Assembly (NCBI GenBank): GCA_963755025.1
Contig: CAVWIH010000012.1
Location: 14,017 to 78,016, forward strand
Source: an uncultured Actinomycetes bacterium
Lineage (GTDB): Bacteria; Actinomycetota; Thermoleophilia; UBA2241
Reading direction: 5' to 3'
DNA: 64,000 bases
The notes under the pieces were generated by a model, which worked only from the letters and a program-made list of their open reading frames with translations, was not told where the DNA came from and searched no databases. Below are positions 1-7,104 of this stretch, piece after piece. The position numbers were made by a program, and so were the translations under genes. Within the stretch, counting starts at the first letter, position 1. Every line of letters starts with the position of its first letter.

Positions 1-161
1 GCGGCGTGATCTCGGCCCTCACCATCCGCAACAGCCTGACGGCGGCGCCGGCCGCCGAGGAGAAGCCGCGCTACTCGTGCTCCCTCGACGCTCCTCAGCT
101 GTGTCCCGACGACGGCGATGAAGGGCTGGCGTCGGGGGCGAGCGGTGGTCCGGCGGCGTGA
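1..161 (+). CDS. 3' end of a gene entering from the left edge, possibly an MFS transporter C-terminus
   Basis: The frame from base 3 reads GVISALTIRNSLTAAPAAEEKPRYSCSLDAPQLCPDD...PAA to TGA 159-161. A hydrophobic end, TIRN and a Cys-containing tail resemble actinobacterial MFS C-termini (recollection, not a search). Confidence 0.4.
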   Translation, partial: GVISALTIRNSLTAAPAAEEKPRYSCSLDAPQLCPDDGDEGLASGASGGPAA

Positions 162-253
162 CGTTCACGCGACGCGTTACCGCCGGGTCCCGCCGGGGAA
201 TCAGGGGGCACAGGCCGACGTGTGGGAACGACGGCACGGCAAGAAGGGGCGTC

Positions 254-580
254 ATGGGCAAGCATCACGGCCATTCGTTCACGGAGCGTTTCAGCCACCT
301 GCTGAGCGGACGCGACGCGCAGTCGGGGGACTACGCGCGTCGCGAAGCCGCCGCGCTCGAACGCCACTGGGGAGTCGCGACCTGCGCGCGCTGTGGCCGT
401 GCCATCATGCTGGGCGAACCCGTCGCGCGAGTACGCTCGCGCGAGATCGCGCCCACGCTCTGCGTGGAGTGCCTGGCGCCGGCGCAGACGGCCCCTACCT
501 GGGTCGCCGCTCCCGAGCGCCATGGCAGAGAGCCGGTGCGCCTGACGGCGCCGCAGAGCGACCTCGAGCGCGCGGCCTGA
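254..580 (+). CDS. Small hypothetical protein with a CxxC...CxxC zinc-ribbon-like motif
   Basis: ATG 254 follows AAGAAGGGG; motifs CARC and CVEC; in frame with ORF 158..580. Confidence 0.6.
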   Translation: MGKHHGHSFTERFSHLLSGRDAQSGDYARREAAALERHWGVATCARCGRAIMLGEPVARVRSREIAPTLCVECLAPAQTAPTWVAAPERHGREPVRLTAPQSDLERAA

Positions 581-634
581 CGGTCTGCTCGCTCGCGCGA
601 AGCCCGCCGCAGCGGGCGGCCGCGACGCCCTGTC

Positions 635-2725
635 TCAGTAGACGATGACGGCCGCGCCGTAGTTCATGAACCCGTAGACCCACGGGGCTTCGGGCATGGA
701 GATGCGCACGCAGCCGTGCGACGCCGGGTACGCCGGCACGTCGGGAAAGCCGTGGATGGCGTCGCCCGCGTGGAAGAAGCTGGCGTAGGGCATCCAGTCG
801 AGGTATTCGGTCGTCCACCAGGCGATGGCCTTCATGTAGACGCTGAAGTGTCCGGCCGGCGTGGGCAGGCTGGGCCGGCCGGTCGAGCAGTGCACGACGC
901 GCACCAGCTTGCCGTTGTTCACGCAGAGCAGCACGCCGAGGCTGCGGAAGACTTCGGCGTAGTGGCCCGTCGCCGACTCGCGGCGCGGCCTGGGCGACGT
1001 GCCGACCTCGAGCCTGGCCCTGGTCTTGGGCCCGTCGCGACCGTCGCGCACGAGTCCGTTCCACGCCTGATACGCCATGAGGGCCTGCTCCGTGCGGTAG
1101 TCGTCGGTGCCGCTCACCGCGCCCGAGGGCAGGTAGCGCAGCGCGATCAGGCAGCGCTGCACGTCGGCGGTGTTGTGGATCACCCAGGTCACGACGCTCA
1201 GGCCGCGTCTGCCGACCACGCGCTGCGCGTTGCCGGCCGCGTCGGTCGCGGTCACGACCCAGGTGTAGCTGCCGTTGGCCAGGTGCACCCGATACGTGCA
1301 GGCGCGCTTGAGGTTCTCGGCGACGCCCGTCAGGCGGATCGTCTTCACGACCTTGTGGCCGCGGTAGATCGCGATCTTCACGAGAGCGGTCCCGCAGCTC
1401 GGCGCAGGGTCGTTTATGCGATACGAGAACGTGGCCAGCTTGCCGCGCGCCACCTTGACGTTGGCCACGGCCACGCAGGCGGGCGCGGCGGTGTCGATGT
1501 TCACGTAGCCCGAGTGGGCGGTTTCGGTGTTGCCGACGAGGTCGACCGCCCAGTAGCTCACGACGTGCGATCCCGCGCCCGACACGCTGAAGGCGCCTTT
1601 GTAGGTCTGCCGGGAGCCGGCGTCGACCGTGTAGTACACGGCGGCGACGCCCGAGCCGCTGTCTGAAGCGGCCAGCGAGACCGTCTGCGCCTGGTTGCGC
1701 CAGCCCGCGTGACGGGTGGCCTGCAGACCGGTGGCCGTCGTGGCCGGGAACGTCGAGTCGGCCACGCCGCCGTCGAGGGTGCGCAGCATTGTGCCGGCGG
1801 CGCCCACGGCGCTGCCGCGCAAGGCGTCGGCCGCGACCGCCAGGCCGCTCAGGTCGGTGGCGACGGGAGCCGACGAGGCTTGCACGGCCCAGGTAAGGCC
1901 GCCGTCGGTGGTGTCCACGATGGTGCCGGCGGCGCCCACAGCCCAGCCGTGGGCGGCATCGGCGAAGGCCACCGCGTGGAGGTCCTGCAACGTGCCGGAG
2001 GCCTGCGCGGCCCAGGTGAGGCCGCCGTCGGTGGTGTGCACGATGGTGCCGGCCGCGCCCACCGCCCAGCCGTCGGTCGCGTCGGTGAAGGCCACCGCGT
2101 GGAGGTCCTGCGTGGTGTGCGAGGTCTGCGCGGCCCAGGTCGAGCCGTCGGTGGTGTGCACGATGGTGCCGGCGGCGCCCACCGCCCAGCCGTCGGTCGC
2201 GTCGGCGAAGGCCACGCCGCTCAGATCCTGGCCGGTGTCCGAGCTGCCCGGGCTCCAGGTCGCGCCGCCATCGGTCGAGACGAGGAGCGTGCCGGCGGCG
2301 CCCACGACGTAACCGTGCGCGGCGTCGCCAAAGGTCACGGCGCTCAGATCGTGGATCGTGCCGGAGGCGGGGCCGCTCCAGCTTGCGCCGCCGTCGGTCG
2401 AGGAGAGCAGCGTACCGGCGGCGCCCACGGCCCAGGCGTCGGTCGCGCCGGAGAAGGCCGCGGCGTTCAGGTCGTGGGCCGTTCCCGAGCTGCCCACGGT
2501 CCAGGTCGCGCCGCCGTCGCTCGAGAACAGGAGCGCGCCGGCGGCGCCCACGGCCAAGCCATGGCTTGCACCGGCGAAGGTCACCGCGTTCAGATCGCTG
2601 CCCGTGCCCGAGCTCTGCGTGCCCCAGCCGGCAGCCGCCCAGGCGGTCGCCGGCAGCAGGGCCGCCAAACACAGTGCGGCCACAAGGCCGCCGGTCGCCA
2701 ACAGTCGTCCGGTCCGTTGCGCCAT
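635..2725 (-). CDS. Secreted modular L,D-transpeptidase: YCF48/BNR-like propeller repeats, Ig-like repeat(s), PG-binding-like domain, YkuD domain
   Basis: ATG 2725 after GGAGG; signal peptide ending ATAWA; repeated AVGAAGT..HTTDGG.TW blades; DDYRTEQALMAYQAWNGLVRDG is PG_binding-like; catalytic motif AIHG...SHGCVR. Confidence 0.85.
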   Translation of the reverse strand: MAQRTGRLLATGGLVAALCLAALLPATAWAAAGWGTQSSGTGSDLNAVTFAGASHGLAVGAAGALLFSSDGGATWTVGSSGTAHDLNAAAFSGATDAWAVGAAGTLLSSTDGGASWSGPASGTIHDLSAVTFGDAAHGYVVGAAGTLLVSTDGGATWSPGSSDTGQDLSGVAFADATDGWAVGAAGTIVHTTDGSTWAAQTSHTTQDLHAVAFTDATDGWAVGAAGTIVHTTDGGLTWAAQASGTLQDLHAVAFADAAHGWAVGAAGTIVDTTDGGLTWAVQASSAPVATDLSGLAVAADALRGSAVGAAGTMLRTLDGGVADSTFPATTATGLQATRHAGWRNQAQTVSLAASDSGSGVAAVYYTVDAGSRQTYKGAFSVSGAGSHVVSYWAVDLVGNTETAHSGYVNIDTAAPACVAVANVKVARGKLATFSYRINDPAPSCGTALVKIAIYRGHKVVKTIRLTGVAENLKRACTYRVHLANGSYTWVVTATDAAGNAQRVVGRRGLSVVTWVIHNTADVQRCLIALRYLPSGAVSGTDDYRTEQALMAYQAWNGLVRDGRDGPKTRARLEVGTSPRPRRESATGHYAEVFRSLGVLLCVNNGKLVRVVHCSTGRPSLPTPAGHFSVYMKAIAWWTTEYLDWMPYASFFHAGDAIHGFPDVPAYPASHGCVRISMPEAPWVYGFMNYGAAVIVY

Positions 2726-2880
2726 AGCCTCCACCCCCCTGGTGCCTAGGCGCGTAAGTCTATGGGAGCGCGCGCCCGCTGGCGAGCGCCCAGGCGCTCG
2801 CGACGAGCCGGCGAGACCCGAGGCGGCGCGGGGTGGCTCGGCGTGGCTCACGACGGCTTGAACGCGGGGCGACGACCGCA

Positions 2881-2909
2881 TTGATTCTGCCGCGTCCGGA
2901 GGCTAGGCT
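2881..2909 (+). promoter_or_regulatory. sigma70/HrdB-type promoter of the peptide-binding protein gene
   Basis: TTGATT (2881-2886), 17-bp spacer, TAGGCT (2904-2909). Confidence 0.5.
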
Positions 2910-3066
2910 CCCGCATGGCGGCCCGGGGGCCGCGCACATCGGGGAACGTCGTTGGGGGCCGTCAGCCTTTCTGGGAGGGGTCGCGCGACGGGCCCTGCCT
3001 GCCCTCTGCCGACGTGCCGCAACGGGGTCCCGCCGCGCGGCGGGGGCGGAGCTGACGGGAGGGGCC

Positions 3067-4893
3067 GTGGCAGCAAGGCACAACGGTAGGCGTTCGGGTC
3101 GCATCTTCGTCCTGACCATCGCGGCGGTGCTCGCCGCCGGACTGCTCTGGAGCCTGAGCAGCGCCCTGGGGGCGAGCTCGAGCCCGTCATCGGCCGGCAA
3201 GGTCACCATCCTGCGCATCGGCACCGTGCAGGACGCCGACACCCTCAATCCGTTCACCGGCTATTCGGGCACGTCTTACGAGATCTTCCACCTGAACTAC
3301 GACATGCTCGTCGGCTACAGCCCGGACGGCTTCGCGCCGCGTCCCGAGCTCGCCACGAGCTGGCACGACTCGCCCGACGGCAAGACCTGGATCTTTCACA
3401 TCCGCCACGGCGTGACCTGGCAGGACGGCGTGCCGCTCACGGCAAGCGACGTCGCCTTCACCTACAACTACATCATCACGAACGACCTGTACGCCTTCAC
3501 GCCCTACACGACCGACATCGTCAAGGCGGTCGCCACCGACCCCTACACGGTCAAGTTCATCCCCGACAAGCCCAAGGCCGACATGCTGCGCCTGTGGGTG
3601 CCAATCGTGCCGCAGCACGTGTGGAGCAAGATCTCGGGCAAAGCGGCCCAGAACACGTTCGTGAACCCGGCGCCGATCGTGGGCTCGGGTCCGTTCCAGG
3701 TGGCCGAGGTGAAGAAGGGCGACTACATCCGCCTCGTGGCCAACAAGCACTACTGGGGCGGCGCTCCCAAGGTCGACGAGGTCATCTTCCAGGTCTACCA
3801 GAACGCCGAGACCATGGTCGCCGACCTGAAGGACGACAGCATCCAGGCGGCCGAGCACGTGCCCGTCGCCGAGTTCAACCGGCTCTCCTCGACGGCCGGC
3901 GTGACCCCCATCGCGAGCAACGTGGCCGCCGAGAAGTATTTCGACGAGCTCGCCTTCAACTGCTACGACAACCACGCCTCGATGGGCAACCCGGTCCTCC
4001 TCGACCCCAAGTTCCGCCAGGCGCTCTCCTGGGCGGTCGACAAACAGAAGCTCATCCAGGTCGCCTACGGCGGCCGCGCCCTGCCGGGCTCGTCGATCAT
4101 CGTGCCGGGCCTCGAATACGCCTGGCAGCCGCCTGCCAGCGAAGCCTTCGGCTTCGACCTGGCCAAGGCCGGCCAGATGCTTACCGCGGCCGGCTACCCC
4201 CTCAAGGACGGCGTGCGCCTGAACAAGCAGGGCAAGCCCATCGTGCTGCGCCTGCAGGCCCGCAACGAGGAGACCGAGAGCCAGGTCGCCGGCAAGCTGA
4301 TCACGAGCTGGTTCGACAAACTCGGCATCACGATCAAGTTCTCCGTGGTCGACGAGGGCGTGCTGCAGACCGAGATCTACAACATGAAGGGCAAGACCTA
4401 CGCCCCCGACTGGGACATGTTCCTGTGGGGCTGGGGCGAGTACGTCGACCCCAACTACATCCTCGGCGTGTTCACCAAGGCGCAGATCAACGGCTGGAAC
4501 GACTGCTGCTGGACGAACCCGACCTACGACAAGCTCTACGCCGAGCAGGCCCAGGAGATGGACCCGGTCAAGCGCGCCGCCGAAGTGCAGCAGATGCAGA
4601 AGCTCTTCTACGACGCGGCGCCCTACGTCGTGCTCGCCTACCAGCAGGACCTGCAGGCCTACCAGAGCGGCGCCTGGCAAGGCTGGGTGCGCTACCCGAG
4701 CAACGGCGGCATGGTGGTGTTCTCCAACGACAACATCGACAGCTACCGCTTCGCCGAGCCCAAACCGGCGGCGGCCGCGAGCGGCTCGTCCGCCGGCCTC
4801 ATCGTCGGGGTGATCGCCGCGGTGCTCGTCGTGCTGTTCGGCGCCGTGTGGCTCGCACGCCGTCGGCGCTCGAGGCCGGTCGAAGAGCTGTAA
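3067..4893 (+). CDS. ABC transporter peptide/nickel-family (family 5) substrate-binding protein with a C-terminal membrane anchor
   Basis: GTG 3067 after GGAGGGG; motifs LNPF, PELATSW, IRHGVTWQDGVPLTASDVAFTY, GSGPF, FRQALSWAVD; ends in a hydrophobic helix plus RRRRSR. Confidence 0.9.
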   Translation: MAARHNGRRSGRIFVLTIAAVLAAGLLWSLSSALGASSSPSSAGKVTILRIGTVQDADTLNPFTGYSGTSYEIFHLNYDMLVGYSPDGFAPRPELATSWHDSPDGKTWIFHIRHGVTWQDGVPLTASDVAFTYNYIITNDLYAFTPYTTDIVKAVATDPYTVKFIPDKPKADMLRLWVPIVPQHVWSKISGKAAQNTFVNPAPIVGSGPFQVAEVKKGDYIRLVANKHYWGGAPKVDEVIFQVYQNAETMVADLKDDSIQAAEHVPVAEFNRLSSTAGVTPIASNVAAEKYFDELAFNCYDNHASMGNPVLLDPKFRQALSWAVDKQKLIQVAYGGRALPGSSIIVPGLEYAWQPPASEAFGFDLAKAGQMLTAAGYPLKDGVRLNKQGKPIVLRLQARNEETESQVAGKLITSWFDKLGITIKFSVVDEGVLQTEIYNMKGKTYAPDWDMFLWGWGEYVDPNYILGVFTKAQINGWNDCCWTNPTYDKLYAEQAQEMDPVKRAAEVQQMQKLFYDAAPYVVLAYQQDLQAYQSGAWQGWVRYPSNGGMVVFSNDNIDSYRFAEPKPAAAASGSSAGLIVGVIAAVLVVLFGAVWLARRRRSRPVEEL

Positions 4894-4915
4894 GGAGATC
4901 GGGCTGCGACCGGTC

Positions 4916-4947
4916 GCGCTGCGGTCTCCCGCGGGAGACCGCAGCGC
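4916..4947. terminator. Perfect 32-bp palindrome just after the SBP stop codon (hairpin, terminator or mRNA stabiliser)
   Basis: GCGCTGCGGTCTCCCG followed by CGGGAGACCGCAGCGC, its exact reverse complement; no U-tract. Confidence 0.55.
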
Positions 4948-5019
4948 CCCGGCGCGCCCCGGCGTCGCGGCGCCTGCATGCCGCCCGCCCGCAGGTCCTT
5001 GCCGTCGTGGAGGTGACGG

Positions 5020-5883
5020 GTGTCGCGTAAAGGCTGGCTGCTGTTCTGCGCGCTGTGCGTCATCTGGGGGATCCCCTACCTGCTGATCCGCGTCGCGGTG
5101 CGCGAGCTCACGCCGGCGACCCTCGTCTTCTTGCGCACGGCGCCGGTCGCCGTGCTCATGGCGCCCTTCGCCCTGCGCCGCGGCCGCCTGCGGCCGCTGC
5201 TCTCCCGCTGGCGCTGGGTCGTGGGCTACACGCTCGTCGAGATCGCCGTGCCCTGGCTGCTGCTGGCGCACGCCGAGGAGCGGCTGTCGAGCTCGATCGC
5301 CGGCTTGCTGATCGCCGCCGTGCCGTTGCTGGGGGCGGTGGTCTACCGGCTTACCGGCACGGCCGAGCACCTCACCCGGCGGCGCCTCGCGGGGCTCGCC
5401 CTCGGCTTTGTCGGCGTCGCCGCCCTGGTCGGCTTCGACAGCGCCGGCGGCCACCAGCCGCGCGCCGTGGTCGAGGTCCTGATCGTGGCGCTCTGCTACG
5501 CCACGGGACCGCTCATCATCAGCCGGCGACTGGCCGACCTGCCCGGCCTGGGCGTGGTCGCCGCCTCGCTCGTCGTCAGCGCCGCGATCTACGCGCCGCT
5601 GGGAGTGAGCGAGTTTCCACCGTCGTTGTCGGGCGAGACGATCGCCGCCGTCGCCACGCTCGCCCTGGTCTGCACGGCGCTCGCCTTCGCCCTGTTCTTC
5701 GCCCTCATCGTCGAGGTGGGGCCGGCGCGCGCCACGGTGATCACCTACGTCAACCCACTGGTCGCGGTGCTGCTGGGCGTCGTGTTCCTGGCCGAGCCGC
5801 TGACGGCCGGCATCGCGATCGGGCTGCCGCTCATCCTCGGCGGCTCCGTCCTGGCCACCTCTCGCACCGGGCCAAAGGCTTGA
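5020..5883 (+). CDS. EamA/DMT family transporter
   Basis: GGAGG then GTG; about 10 hydrophobic segments; IWGIPY and GPARATVITYVNPLVAVLLG motifs. Confidence 0.85.
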   Translation: MSRKGWLLFCALCVIWGIPYLLIRVAVRELTPATLVFLRTAPVAVLMAPFALRRGRLRPLLSRWRWVVGYTLVEIAVPWLLLAHAEERLSSSIAGLLIAAVPLLGAVVYRLTGTAEHLTRRRLAGLALGFVGVAALVGFDSAGGHQPRAVVEVLIVALCYATGPLIISRRLADLPGLGVVAASLVVSAAIYAPLGVSEFPPSLSGETIAAVATLALVCTALAFALFFALIVEVGPARATVITYVNPLVAVLLGVVFLAEPLTAGIAIGLPLILGGSVLATSRTGPKA

Positions 5884-5950
5884 CGACGTTGGTCACTGCG
5901 GCGACCATGGAGACAACGGATCGACGATTCGCTCTTCCCGGAGGCAACCT

Positions 5951-6454
5951 GTGATCGAAGACCTCTTCACACCGCAGCACCTCATCATCCTGTTCGTGAT
6001 CCTGTTCTTCCTGTTCGGCGCCAAGAAGCTGCCCGATCTGGGCAAGTCGCTGGGCCACGGCATCCGCGAGTTTCGCAGCGGGGTCTCCGGCCTCACCGAC
6101 GAGTCCCCCGCCGGAGCGCTGACGCCGGCCGACGATCAGGCCGTTGTGGCCGCCGGCACGACCGAAGTCGAGGCCGGCACGACAGACGTCGAGGCGGGCA
6201 CGGCCGAAGTCGCACCCGAGACGATCGTCGCCGAGGCAGCCATACCCGCCACCGCCGAGGCCAGCGCATCGGCCGCCGACGCAAGCGCGCCGGCCACGGC
6301 CGAGCCGAGCGCCGCAGCGACCGACCCGGCGCTCGACGACGCCGGCATCGAAGATGCCGACTACACCGAGCTCGACGGTGACGTCACGAGCGAGGTCGTG
6401 GGCGAGATGAGCGCGGCCGAGGGCGCGGTGGCCACGCCGGGTCCGCAGGCCTAG
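5951..6454 (+). CDS. tatA: Sec-independent translocase TatA/E family subunit with a long acidic Ala-rich tail
   Basis: HLIILFVILFFLFGAKKLPDLGKSLGHGIREFR is the TatA transmembrane-hinge-amphipathic signature; GGAGG RBS. Confidence 0.85.
   Translation: MIEDLFTPQHLIILFVILFFLFGAKKLPDLGKSLGHGIREFRSGVSGLTDESPAGALTPADDQAVVAAGTTEVEAGTTDVEAGTAEVAPETIVAEAAIPATAEASASAADASAPATAEPSAAATDPALDDAGIEDADYTELDGDVTSEVVGEMSAAEGAVATPGPQA
6152..6214 (+). repeat. Three 21-bp in-frame tandem repeats in the TatA tail
   Basis: Units encode AGTTEVE, AGTTDVE and AGTAEVA. Confidence 0.7.
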
Positions 6455-6499
6455 CGCGAGGCGACGGGCCGCCCTCGCACGTCCGACCCGGTCGCGGGC

Positions 6500-6862
6500 T
6501 TACGCCCGCTGCGCCTCGACGGCCGCCTCGCGCGTGGGGTACACGGCAAAGACGGTATCGAGCCCGGTGATCTCGAGGATGCGACGGATCTTTTCGTCGG
6601 GGCAGCCGATGGCCAGTCTGCCGGCCGTCTGCTGCAAGCGCTTGCCGCCGCTGACCAGCACGCCCAGGGCCGTCGAGTCGATGAAGCTCACGTCGGTCAG
6701 GTCGATCACGACGTGCTCGGCGCCGTCGTCGATGGACTGCAGCAGGACCTCGCGAAAGCGCGGCGCGGTGTACAGGTCGACCTCGCCGGCCAGGATGACG
6801 ACGGCCACGTCGTCGGTCGGCCGTTCGAGTGTCACCGCGAACTGCTGTCCGTCAGCCATCAT
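6500..6862 (-). CDS. STAS-domain anti-sigma factor antagonist (RsbV/SpoIIAA family)
   Basis: GEVDLYTAP, DLTDVSFIDSTALGVL (phosphoacceptor Ser position), RILEITGL; ATG 6862 or 6859. Confidence 0.92.
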   Translation of the reverse strand: MMADGQQFAVTLERPTDDVAVVILAGEVDLYTAPRFREVLLQSIDDGAEHVVIDLTDVSFIDSTALGVLVSGGKRLQQTAGRLAIGCPDEKIRRILEITGLDTVFAVYPTREAAVEAQRA

Positions 6863-7104
6863 GCCTTCCCTTCGCGAGAGCCCGGTGTCGGCGGCCGTCC
6901 GCCCGGCGACGTGCACCGGACGGCCGACTCGTCTGGCTCATATTTTCCTGTTTTGAGTGTGTATACGTCAAATCAATCCCGTTGGTACGAGCGGCGTCGA
7001 AGCGCCTCGGCACGGGCGCCGAGAGCAACGGCGGCGGCGCTCCCGGGGCGCGACGAAGGCACATAGAATACTGCCCAGTCCTCCACCATCGCACCGGGAG
7101 ACCT

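Noticed and set aside
95-121. TCAG-N15-GGCGATGA as another sigma28 promoter
   Set aside because: The -10 match is poor and it lies inside the probable upstream CDS.
1880-2600. Regular DNA repeats here, at 59170-59940 and at 61990-62800 as a CRISPR array or DGR template/variable pair
   Set aside because: All are in-frame protein repeats (propeller blades, Ig units). There are no unique spacers, cas genes or reverse transcriptase, and I noticed no adenine-specific mismatch pattern.
3187-5454. Long antisense and alternate-frame ORFs throughout the track (e.g. 3187..5454, 6973..9051, 42777..45962)
   Set aside because: These are expected stop-poor shadows in very high-GC coding DNA. They carry no motifs and each overlaps a well-supported gene.
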